From assembly GCA_963677655.1 (NCBI GenBank), contig OY782089.1: 64,000 bases of DNA; one strand, 5' to 3'. Origin of the DNA: an uncultured Saccharicrinis sp. (GTDB lineage: Bacteria > Bacteroidota > Bacteroidia > Bacteroidales > Marinilabiliaceae). Under the pieces are notes generated by a model. It saw only the letters and a program-made list of their open reading frames with translations, did not search any database and was not told the origin of the DNA. Within the stretch, counting starts at the first letter, position 1. Each line of letters opens with the position of its first letter. The position numbers and the translations under genes were made by a program. This document shows positions 38,884 through 47,372 of this stretch, piece after piece.

Positions 38884-38949
38884 AAAAACTACTAACATAA
38901 GAGACTGTTTTCTATAACGCAATCCATATATTAAAATATAAATGCAACA
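38884..38949 (-). promoter_or_regulatory. Candidate promoter D: inverted box (plus-strand TGCAACA 38943-38949) with -7-like TAGTTTTT
   Basis: Occupies the same 59-bp slot as sites A, B, C, F and G, but the heptamer is reversed and the second half-site is poor. Confidence 0.45.
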
Positions 38950-39019
38950 TATTTTATACTATTCTTAACCACCCACCTTTATACATAATTTGTTATGCTA
39001 TGCTTTAGAAAGTGAACAC

Positions 39020-39048
39020 AAAAAAGCCCGGCACTTGCACCAGGCTCT
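39020..39048 (-). terminator. Intrinsic terminator after the beta-propeller gene
   Basis: Minus strand AGAGCCTGG-TGCAAGTG-CCGGGCTTT followed by TTT. Confidence 0.75.
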
Positions 39049-39127
39049 ATCCTTATTTTTTTTTAATTAGTCTATGTATTCAATACTTCATTAAGTTTTC
39101 TATACATAAGATGGATAATAATCTCAT

Positions 39128-40699
39128 TTAAAATGAAAGTACAACTTTATCCAGTATCGGTTTTGATTGGTTTTCGGTACTATCCTTGATTTTAACTTCA
39201 AACTGAAATGCATATCCCTTGGGCAATCCAGAAAGATCCATCTGCGCAGGAATTTTCTTTATCTGCTTGGCAAAACCTTCTATATAATCATATTGTTCCT
39301 TCACGATTTGCCATTCACCCCAATTGTCAATGGCTCCATCATTGGTAGTATCCACACCAACACGAACTTCTACAGTTTCTACCCATGGTCCGGAACTAAT
39401 ATAATCGTATTTAGTTTGCGTAAGCATATAAAACTTCCCTTCGGCAAACATCACATCGGGATCGGGATGTCCTTGACCGATATTTCCACAAAAGGTAAAC
39501 TGTTTATTAATATCATCGGAAGTAAACCAGGCAACACTCATATTTTCTTTACCATGTTTACCTGCCTGATCATAATCGCAAAACAAATAGTATTGTCCTC
39601 CAATTGAAATAGAAGCCCAGTCGCCAAAAGCATTCTGCTCCGGTTCATGCACCTCATATCTTGCAAATGCACGGGTATCTCCAGCTTTCATTCTATGTTG
39701 AGGAACGTCAACTTCCACTGTTTTTCCCGGATAATTTTTCGGATCTTCTAAATGCCAATGCGGATGCGCATATTCAGCAAATTTACCAGTTGGTTGGGTA
39801 CGCTCATCCACTGGAGGGTTTAATATTTTAAAATCATTGATTCCATCAGGACTTACGGCATGAACCGCCAGCGGAGAATCCCATGCATGGGTGGAAGCAT
39901 CAATCGGCGACCAATCTTCTGCAATTAAGTGGAAATTTCCATCCAGGTCGCGGATTACAGCACAATCTGAACCATCAGATGGATCGTTAAAAGCCATTCC
40001 CATATTTTTACCCGGAGCACCATCAGTTAAGTCCTCGTCAACATAAACATGCGGATCCTGATCGTTTGGAAAATCATAGTATAAATAAAGCTTTCCATCC
40101 GCATACTCAGCTGTGGTTGACCATTTTGCAAAACCATCTGACACGGGACCATGATGAACCCAATTCACCATATCTTTACTTTGCCAGGCATGATACCCAC
40201 CAAGCCCTTCTTTCAATCCTCCGGGAGCATCGAATTGGTTAGCCCAGGGAGTAGTTTTTAACTTCATATTAAAACCTTCAAGAGTAGCGTCCTCTCCTTG
40301 AAAAGTTCCATCTTTCTGACTTTTACTTTTTCCGTACCTGCCAAACATCCAATAGTTACCATCACCCAGCTGTAATGCCACAGGGGCATCTCCTAAGTTA
40401 GATGGTCCGACATTAGAAACAGGCTCCCAATTTAACCATTCAGGTGATTGAGAAAAAGTGATAGATTTAACAGCCTGTTTATTAGCGAACTTTTTAACAG
40501 AACTTTTAAAAGAGGCTTCAGTTGCAGTAGGAACAACCTTCCCTTCTGCTATCTCTATATTTGACAAATTAGCCACATTGGCCTGCCAATCCTCTTGTGA
40601 ATCTAAAATCCAGGATTCTTCTTTACATTCTTGCGTACATCCGGATGCAACAACCATTAATATTATTAAGAGTTGTAAAAATTTTAATAATGACTTCAT
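39128..40699 (-). CDS. Unassigned five-bladed beta-propeller glycosidase-like lipoprotein
   Basis: The track start 40747 is a TTG overlapping the upstream gene. ATG 40699 gives MKSLLKF...ASGC lipobox. Motifs GDAP, GSDCAV, GHPDPD. Confidence 0.6.
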   Translation of the reverse strand: MKSLLKFLQLLIILMVVASGCTQECKEESWILDSQEDWQANVANLSNIEIAEGKVVPTATEASFKSSVKKFANKQAVKSITFSQSPEWLNWEPVSNVGPSNLGDAPVALQLGDGNYWMFGRYGKSKSQKDGTFQGEDATLEGFNMKLKTTPWANQFDAPGGLKEGLGGYHAWQSKDMVNWVHHGPVSDGFAKWSTTAEYADGKLYLYYDFPNDQDPHVYVDEDLTDGAPGKNMGMAFNDPSDGSDCAVIRDLDGNFHLIAEDWSPIDASTHAWDSPLAVHAVSPDGINDFKILNPPVDERTQPTGKFAEYAHPHWHLEDPKNYPGKTVEVDVPQHRMKAGDTRAFARYEVHEPEQNAFGDWASISIGGQYYLFCDYDQAGKHGKENMSVAWFTSDDINKQFTFCGNIGQGHPDPDVMFAEGKFYMLTQTKYDYISSGPWVETVEVRVGVDTTNDGAIDNWGEWQIVKEQYDYIEGFAKQIKKIPAQMDLSGLPKGYAFQFEVKIKDSTENQSKPILDKVVLSF

Positions 40700-40710
40700 G
40701 CTTATAAATT

Positions 40711-42225
40711 TTATTTCTTCTTTCTGAAATCCTTGTGCTTCTTCCAAATATCTATTTCTGTATCATTTGACTGAACAGCCCCTTCTGTAGTTCTTCCCTT
40801 TTCAACAAAATTTTCTAATAAGTTAATCAGCGAATCCGTCTTTTGAGGGTATTTACTCATCAAATTATTTTCTTCTCCAATATCCTGTTTTAAATTATAT
40901 AACTGCATATCAGGAAGACCTGCTTCTTTTGCTTCATAATCTTTTGGAGAACTCCAGCCTCCTGAACCTGGAGCTAATAATAATTTCCAATCTCCCTTCC
41001 GAATAGAAAAACGTCCATCGATAGAGTGATGAACAATCTCTTTTCGAGGATTATTTACAGGCTTACCATAAAGCGCATTCAAAAAGCTCTTGCTGTCCTC
41101 TGCAGTATTTTCAGGAATATCATAAGAAAAATACTCTGCAAAAGTGGCCATCAAATCCGAAAGGCATACCAAATGATCTGATTCTGTATTTGATTTAATC
41201 TGCTTTGGCCAACGAACAATAAATGGTACTCTATGACCACCATCCCACAAGTCGGCTTTTGAACCTCGCAACCATGCACTGGGATAATGCCCTTGAGACT
41301 GGAGCTTTGGAATATTTGCAGCCTTTGATGTCCCATTATCTGCACTAAAAATTACAATAGTATTCTCGCTAAGTCCGTTGCGCTCTAATGCTTCCAACAC
41401 TGACCCAACAGAACCATCTGTTTGTGCAACGAAATCACCATAATCTCCTAAATTTGTTTTACCCTGCCAATCCTTAGCTGGAACTATTGGTGTATGTGGT
41501 GAATTTTGAGCGAAATAAATAAAAAAGGGATTCCCATTTTTGGCATCTTCTGCTTTCTGGTCAATTATCTTAGTCACCTCATGAGTTAATACAGGCAACA
41601 CATCAACCACATCTATTTCTTCAACAATTTTATCGTTGCGAACAATGCTACTCATTGCTCTTGAATGATGAAAACCATAAAAAGTATCAAAGCCCCGCGT
41701 AATCGGGCCATCCGGAATTATTGTTCCTACAGGTACTTTTGCCAGGTATCTCCCTTTTTTCTTTTGGGGTTTTACATCCTTTAGTTCTTTTGGTACTTCA
41801 TAGTGATATTCCAGATGCCATTTACCCACAAGTGAAGTGCTATAACCATGTTCCCGAAACAAATGTCCCAGAGTCATCCTATCAGACGCTATCAACGGCT
41901 CCTCTCCTCCCTTAACAACTCCATTTTGCAATCGTGTACGCCAATTATACCTACCGGTTAACATGGCATATCTGGATGGCGTACAAACAGAAGCACTGGT
42001 ATGCGCATCTGTAAAAACCATTCCCTCTGAGGCCAGCTGATTTAACTTGGGTGTCGGGATTTTGCTTCGGTCAGGATTAAGCGCTTCAATTTCTCCATAT
42101 CCCATGTCATCGGCTAATATCAGAATGACGTTGGGAAGTGCTTTTTTCGCTTTTTTGTTTGTGTTTGTAAAATTACTTAGCAGAAGCACAACACTAATGG
42201 CAATTAGAACTTGTCTGAATTTCAT
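40711..42225 (-). CDS. S1 arylsulfatase (S1_15-like)
   Basis: PNVILILADDMGYG, SVCTPSRYAMLTGRYNWR, GKWHL, DGGHRVPFIVRWP. Confidence 0.92.
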   Translation of the reverse strand: MKFRQVLIAISVVLLLSNFTNTNKKAKKALPNVILILADDMGYGEIEALNPDRSKIPTPKLNQLASEGMVFTDAHTSASVCTPSRYAMLTGRYNWRTRLQNGVVKGGEEPLIASDRMTLGHLFREHGYSTSLVGKWHLEYHYEVPKELKDVKPQKKKGRYLAKVPVGTIIPDGPITRGFDTFYGFHHSRAMSSIVRNDKIVEEIDVVDVLPVLTHEVTKIIDQKAEDAKNGNPFFIYFAQNSPHTPIVPAKDWQGKTNLGDYGDFVAQTDGSVGSVLEALERNGLSENTIVIFSADNGTSKAANIPKLQSQGHYPSAWLRGSKADLWDGGHRVPFIVRWPKQIKSNTESDHLVCLSDLMATFAEYFSYDIPENTAEDSKSFLNALYGKPVNNPRKEIVHHSIDGRFSIRKGDWKLLLAPGSGGWSSPKDYEAKEAGLPDMQLYNLKQDIGEENNLMSKYPQKTDSLINLLENFVEKGRTTEGAVQSNDTEIDIWKKHKDFRKKK

Positions 42226-42234
42226 TGTTCTATT

Positions 42235-43869
42235 TTAATTATTTTCAAACTCTATTGGCAATTCTGGAACATTCAATGCTTCTTTTGGATCAGGAATCCT
42301 ATTGGATGTGGTCTCAGCATCGCCATACCACATTACTCCTACGCCATAGCCCAGCTCACAATCTGTCCAGCTCCAAATTTCCATATCCAATTTTAGAGAT
42401 GATGAAAAAGGCATTACATCCAATGAACGAGTGCGTGTTTCAGTACTGTAACCTTGTGTATTCCGCTCATCTCCGGTTTTTCGATTTAACTTATTGTAAA
42501 CATTACATCGAGGCTGAGCATGAAAAGGATGTTGGTAAAAATCGGTACTCTTTCCTCCCCAGGAATAAGCGTAATAATCTTCGGTACCGGTGCCAAATAT
42601 CGATGGAAAATCTTCACCGTCGACCCAGATTTTTTCGTCTCCTTCGCCCCACCATTTTTTTACGGGATTCATAACAGTAAGCGCATCTCCAACATATACA
42701 CCACGCCCTTTAAGAGTTATATAATTCCAGTCAGAGAATGGGCGTGTGGATACGGGGTACTGTCCTCGCCATGCTGCATGAAAGTACATGCTTTGCTCAT
42801 TCCATTGGTAGTCTCCAACCACAGCGTTTAATTCAATATCGATGGGTTCCTTCCCGAGATTTTCAATAGATATGCTAGCTGATTCCTGATAGGGCATCAC
42901 CCAACGACAGCTCAATGTTCCATCTTCAGCCACCGTGTTATGCCAACCCTGATATGGGTGCAAACCAATACCGGTTCCAAAAAAATCACCGATAGGACAC
43001 CATACGGTTTCTTTGCCATCAAATTTCATTTTAAGAATAACTGATCGTGTAACGGAGGCGGAATCGTAATTATCAAGCTTTATAGATAAGTTTCTGATGG
43101 CAGAACCACCTGAAGGCAACTCTACACTTTTCTCTTTCTTGCCAGAAAGTTGCTCTCGGAATGATATATTCTGTCCCTTGTTTTTGCTTTGTGGGGACAA
43201 GATTTCATCTCCAACTTTTTTTATGAATTCAGCATTAGCATTAAAATCATCAAGTGTAAAGGTTTTTACTTTTGTTCCCTTGGCATACTCACGGTAGGTA
43301 AACTGAAAGAAAAAAGGACGTCCTGTGGTTGTAATTTTGCAACTTTTGGCATAAGGAATTGGAAAAAAAGATACCGCTGAGCGTAAAGACTTATGTGCAA
43401 AGGGATAAGGAATTAAGCCATCCCCATTTAACAATCCCAACATATTTCCTTGCAAGGTAGGTTCCTCTGCGCCATCAAGGTATATTTTAATGTCCATATC
43501 TGCATCGGATTTATTGGGCTTTAAAAAAGGCATCCAGGTACGCACAATTGCTCCAGCTCCCTGATGATCCATCAAAACCCATTCCTTTTCTCCATTTTTT
43601 TCTTCTATTCTAATGAAGTTATGGTCTTTGTCATTCGAATTCAAATCATGGTTAAAATACCATGCCGCACTATCTTCAGGAGTAACAGAAACTCTGTTGT
43701 AGCTACTTTCCTGCTTTAGGCGAAAATCTACCTTGGGGAATCGTGTTTGCGAATCACGATCGATCATTTCTGTCAAAAGGTTTTCGATGGATACTATTTT
43801 ATCTTCCTTGAAACAAGAGGTAAAAAATAAACAAACTAGCACAATGCCAATATTCAACTTATACTTCAT
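42235..43869 (-). CDS. GH172 / DUF2961 family glycoside hydrolase, lipoprotein
   Basis: WWGEGDEK and FGTGTEDYY signature motifs; lipobox FTSC. Confidence 0.82.
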   Translation of the reverse strand: MKYKLNIGIVLVCLFFTSCFKEDKIVSIENLLTEMIDRDSQTRFPKVDFRLKQESSYNRVSVTPEDSAAWYFNHDLNSNDKDHNFIRIEEKNGEKEWVLMDHQGAGAIVRTWMPFLKPNKSDADMDIKIYLDGAEEPTLQGNMLGLLNGDGLIPYPFAHKSLRSAVSFFPIPYAKSCKITTTGRPFFFQFTYREYAKGTKVKTFTLDDFNANAEFIKKVGDEILSPQSKNKGQNISFREQLSGKKEKSVELPSGGSAIRNLSIKLDNYDSASVTRSVILKMKFDGKETVWCPIGDFFGTGIGLHPYQGWHNTVAEDGTLSCRWVMPYQESASISIENLGKEPIDIELNAVVGDYQWNEQSMYFHAAWRGQYPVSTRPFSDWNYITLKGRGVYVGDALTVMNPVKKWWGEGDEKIWVDGEDFPSIFGTGTEDYYAYSWGGKSTDFYQHPFHAQPRCNVYNKLNRKTGDERNTQGYSTETRTRSLDVMPFSSSLKLDMEIWSWTDCELGYGVGVMWYGDAETTSNRIPDPKEALNVPELPIEFENN

Positions 43870-43914
43870 TATATTACTTTTTAGATTTTTTACAATAGAG
43901 GATTTAATTCAATT

Positions 43915-45498
43915 TTATTTTGCATTCCCATCTAAATCCACTTTTTTGGTTCCTTTAAATGCTTTATCAACATCTGTTTGAATTACGTTCGGATGATGTT
44001 GTTCTTCTGATGTAACAATCTCAAAAGACCAGGCATGCTGGCTACTTCCCAGATCCTTTGGTGGGTCAATACGAAGACCTTCAGCTGTCACCTCCCATAT
44101 AACTTCTGCATCTGATCCAAGAAGACTTACGGATTTAATCTGTTTGTTATCCCATCCTGTTGTAGCTTCAATAACAAAAGGTTCTAAAGGCTTCGCACAT
44201 TTAATGGCGTAAAGTTTCTTTCCGTTTGTGGTAAACGAAAGATGCTCATTTTCCTGTTGGTTCACTTTCCAGTAGCGGGATCCATAAATTGCAGCTCCAT
44301 TAATTTTCAACCACTCTCCCATAGCTTTCAATCGCTCAACCTGCTCTGGCACTAAAGTACCATCTGACTTTGGGCCAATGTTGATCAGGAAATTTCCATT
44401 GCGGCTAATTACTTCAACCATTTCATGAATAACACCTTCAACACTTTTATATTTATCACCCTCTAAATATCCAAATGAAGTACCAAAAGTGGTACAGCTC
44501 TGCCACTTGGGGCCAATGACTTTTAGTTTAAGGTTATCCTTTTCAAGACATCCCACACCATCAGGCCAGTTTCTGTTTTTTCCTTTATTATTCACGTAAA
44601 CTGACTGACCATTGGCAGCTCCCTGATTCATAAAATCGGTAATCATACCCCGAACCTGATCGTCGAAATATTTGATTAAAGGTTTTGCTTTTCCTTTTCG
44701 CACATTGTTGCCATCACGGGTATAAATAGGAAAATCATCCATCCATAACATATCAGGTTTGTATTTTTCCTCAATCTCTTTCCATCGAGCCACGTAATCA
44801 TCCACATATTCTTTCGAAAAGCCAAATGGCCCATATAACGAGGCTGCTTTAGGTTCACGTTTAATTTCTTCAACAATATCTGGCAGTGGAGTAGCGTTAA
44901 CTACATACAATTTTTCGGCAAAGAAAGAACTATGACGCTCGCGGTGATAAGAAGGTGCATATTTCAGTCCTTGTTTGCGAACCGCTTTACCAAGGTCTCC
45001 CACTATATCACGCTTAGGTCCCATATCAACAGCATTCCATGGTGTTAAATCAGAATCCCAATTGGCCCAACCATCGTGATGTTCGGCCGTTAGCACTACA
45101 TAATGCGCTCCAACTTCCTTAAAAAGTTTGGCCCACTCTTCCGGATTCCAATTTTCGGCCTTGAATTCTGGAATTATATCCTTATAACCAAACTCCGGAG
45201 GATTAGCTCCCCAACGTTCATTTACATATGGATAATAATGTTCGGGATCGCGATATATCATCTTAGGCACATGTTCTGAATATCCACGTCCTCCTTTACG
45301 ATAGCCAATAACACTATAAGGCCCCCAATGAATAAAAATGCCAATTTTACCATCGTTAAACCAATCCGGAACAGGCATCTTTTGCAAGGATTCCCAGGTT
45401 CCATCGTAGGGTTTTGGTTCTTTATTCTTTTCTTTCTCAGCATTACATGCTACAAGTGATAGCGCAATTAAAACGATTAAACTTTTAATTAGATTCAT
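43915..45498 (-). CDS. GH29 alpha-L-fucosidase, lipoprotein
   Basis: DGKIGIFIHWG, AEHHDGW, LWMD, NGNFLINIGP; lipobox LVAC. Confidence 0.9.
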   Translation of the reverse strand: MNLIKSLIVLIALSLVACNAEKEKNKEPKPYDGTWESLQKMPVPDWFNDGKIGIFIHWGPYSVIGYRKGGRGYSEHVPKMIYRDPEHYYPYVNERWGANPPEFGYKDIIPEFKAENWNPEEWAKLFKEVGAHYVVLTAEHHDGWANWDSDLTPWNAVDMGPKRDIVGDLGKAVRKQGLKYAPSYHRERHSSFFAEKLYVVNATPLPDIVEEIKREPKAASLYGPFGFSKEYVDDYVARWKEIEEKYKPDMLWMDDFPIYTRDGNNVRKGKAKPLIKYFDDQVRGMITDFMNQGAANGQSVYVNNKGKNRNWPDGVGCLEKDNLKLKVIGPKWQSCTTFGTSFGYLEGDKYKSVEGVIHEMVEVISRNGNFLINIGPKSDGTLVPEQVERLKAMGEWLKINGAAIYGSRYWKVNQQENEHLSFTTNGKKLYAIKCAKPLEPFVIEATTGWDNKQIKSVSLLGSDAEVIWEVTAEGLRIDPPKDLGSSQHAWSFEIVTSEEQHHPNVIQTDVDKAFKGTKKVDLDGNAK

Positions 45499-45521
45499 AA
45501 GGAAAATATATTGTTAGTGTT

Positions 45522-47069
45522 TTATTGAAGTGCATCTTGATACATTGCTTCAATTTGCTTTCGCATCTTTTTAAGCAGTTTTGAATACTCCGGATTATTT
45601 GCTAAATTATCTTGCTCCAGAGGGTCTTTTTCCAAATCATATAACTCTTCAATTTTAGGATTGTGCTCATAGTACACAAAATACTTATAACGGTCGGTTC
45701 GGATTCCATGACTGCGATATGATTTGTTTTCATTAATCATGATCTTATGGATTTCATCTACATTCTCCTTATTCTTTGCATTGAACATATCTACAATAAA
45801 AAGATCTTCCATAAACACAGCATCCCTCCATTTTTTCATGTTCTGTGTTTTATTCAAAATTCCACTAAAATCTCGTCCTTGCATACTCTTTGGTATTTCA
45901 AAACCAGCTAAAGAGAGAATAGTAGGAGCCATATCTACTGAAGAAATTAGAGCATCCTCCCTGAATCCACGTTTTTCCTTAGGAACTCTTCCATCATACA
46001 CAATCAAAGGCGCTTTTACAGATTCCTCATAAAGCAAACATTTATCAAAAAGGCCATGCGATCCCTGAAAGCGGCCATTATCACTGGTATAAATAATAAC
46101 AGTATTCTCCAACATCCCTTTCTCCTTCAATTTTTCAACCAATAATCCCACCTGCTCGTCAACACTATAAGCCTGTGTAGCAAATCGTCGCACCAATCTC
46201 TGGAACTTTTCTGGCGTAGATGAACGTTGAGCATGCAGACGGGGACCTCGGGCATTTTCAACTACAACCTCCGGTAGTTTATCATTCTTTTCCACCCAGT
46301 TTTCCGGAACCGACATTTCATAATCCTTATATTGCTCAAAGTGGGGCCAATAGATATCTTTGTTATTGTCATGCTTTACGGCATAAAAGCTCACTGATAA
46401 ACAAAACGGCTGGTCTTTTGGCTGCGTTTCTATAAAGTGCAACATGGCTTCTCCAGTTCTCAATGTTCTTCCTGAATTTTCTCTGCCTGCTTTATATATT
46501 TCCTGTAGTTCCTTATCATTCTCCGGCCATGTAATCATACCATTTCTATCATGTGTTTCGGTACCAGCAAAATAATCAAATACATCACCCATATTTTCTT
46601 TGTAAAAATGCTCTTTGGGTGTACTTGGTCTTTGAGCCTTCTCAGAAACAGTAAACCCAACCTTACCTATAAATCCGGTTCGATATCCAGCTCTTTTAAG
46701 AATTGCAGGGTAGCCTTTGGCAAAATCGGCTTGCGAAAGGGTGAAGTTATCAGGATATACAAACCCTACCCGATGATTTGAATTATAACGACCTGTCATC
46801 ATCGTTACCCTACTGGGCATACAAATGGCAACAGCATAAAAAGCCTTATCAAAAGTAACTCCCTCTGCAGACAGTTTATCAATATTTGGGGTATTAAACT
46901 CCGGACGTCCATAACAGCCCATATTGTCGCAACGCTGATCATCTGTCATCAGGAAAATGATATTAGGCTTATCCAAGGACTGAGCCCAAAGATTAATAGT
47001 ACTTGAAAACATCATGAGCAACATTATAAATAGTTGCATATTTCTAATTGGATTGTTGTTTTGCTCCAT
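45522..47069 (-). CDS. S1 sulfatase
   Basis: PNIIFLMTDDQ, ICMPSRVTMMTGRY, YTSDNGRFQGSHGLFDK. Confidence 0.92.
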   Translation of the reverse strand: MEQNNNPIRNMQLFIMLLMMFSSTINLWAQSLDKPNIIFLMTDDQRCDNMGCYGRPEFNTPNIDKLSAEGVTFDKAFYAVAICMPSRVTMMTGRYNSNHRVGFVYPDNFTLSQADFAKGYPAILKRAGYRTGFIGKVGFTVSEKAQRPSTPKEHFYKENMGDVFDYFAGTETHDRNGMITWPENDKELQEIYKAGRENSGRTLRTGEAMLHFIETQPKDQPFCLSVSFYAVKHDNNKDIYWPHFEQYKDYEMSVPENWVEKNDKLPEVVVENARGPRLHAQRSSTPEKFQRLVRRFATQAYSVDEQVGLLVEKLKEKGMLENTVIIYTSDNGRFQGSHGLFDKCLLYEESVKAPLIVYDGRVPKEKRGFREDALISSVDMAPTILSLAGFEIPKSMQGRDFSGILNKTQNMKKWRDAVFMEDLFIVDMFNAKNKENVDEIHKIMINENKSYRSHGIRTDRYKYFVYYEHNPKIEELYDLEKDPLEQDNLANNPEYSKLLKKMRKQIEAMYQDALQ

Positions 47070-47359
47070 TTGTTTAAATTTTAGGCAAGAGATTACAAAC
47101 GATGAAACATTTAATCGCAGGTTTTCTCTTTTTCAATTCATAATTAAATGATAAAAATATACGTCATTCATATAAATCTTTTAAAACGGTAGTAAAATGA
47201 AGTATCACTAAATTTAGAGATATGAAAAAGGCGAATCAAAAGCCACTAACACACTACTACCCAATACATAAGGAATCACAACCGATTCCCATTATATCAC
47301 CACTTAATTTGTTTTTTTATCAATCAAATAATGGTATTTTCTAAAGAAGATTTAGCATA

Positions 47360-47368
47360 ATGTTGCAC
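47360..47368 (-). promoter_or_regulatory. Orphan copy (site E) of the TGTTGCA box just downstream of the regulator stop
   Basis: ATGTTGCAC matches the box, but there is no -7 element at 59 bp and no second half-site. Confidence 0.3.
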
Positions 47369-47372
47369 CAAT

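Noticed and set aside
38932-38956. 8-bp IR (TAAAATAT/ATATTTTA) around site D as an invertible promoter switch
   Set aside because: The IR is short and AT-only, no recombinase is in the window, and inversion would move the box to 55 bp, breaking the conserved 59-bp spacing.
47102-47344. Short plus-strand ORFs (13 aa at 47102-47143; 40 aa at 47222-47344)
   Set aside because: Too short, with no homology or promoter support, and expected by chance in AT-rich DNA.
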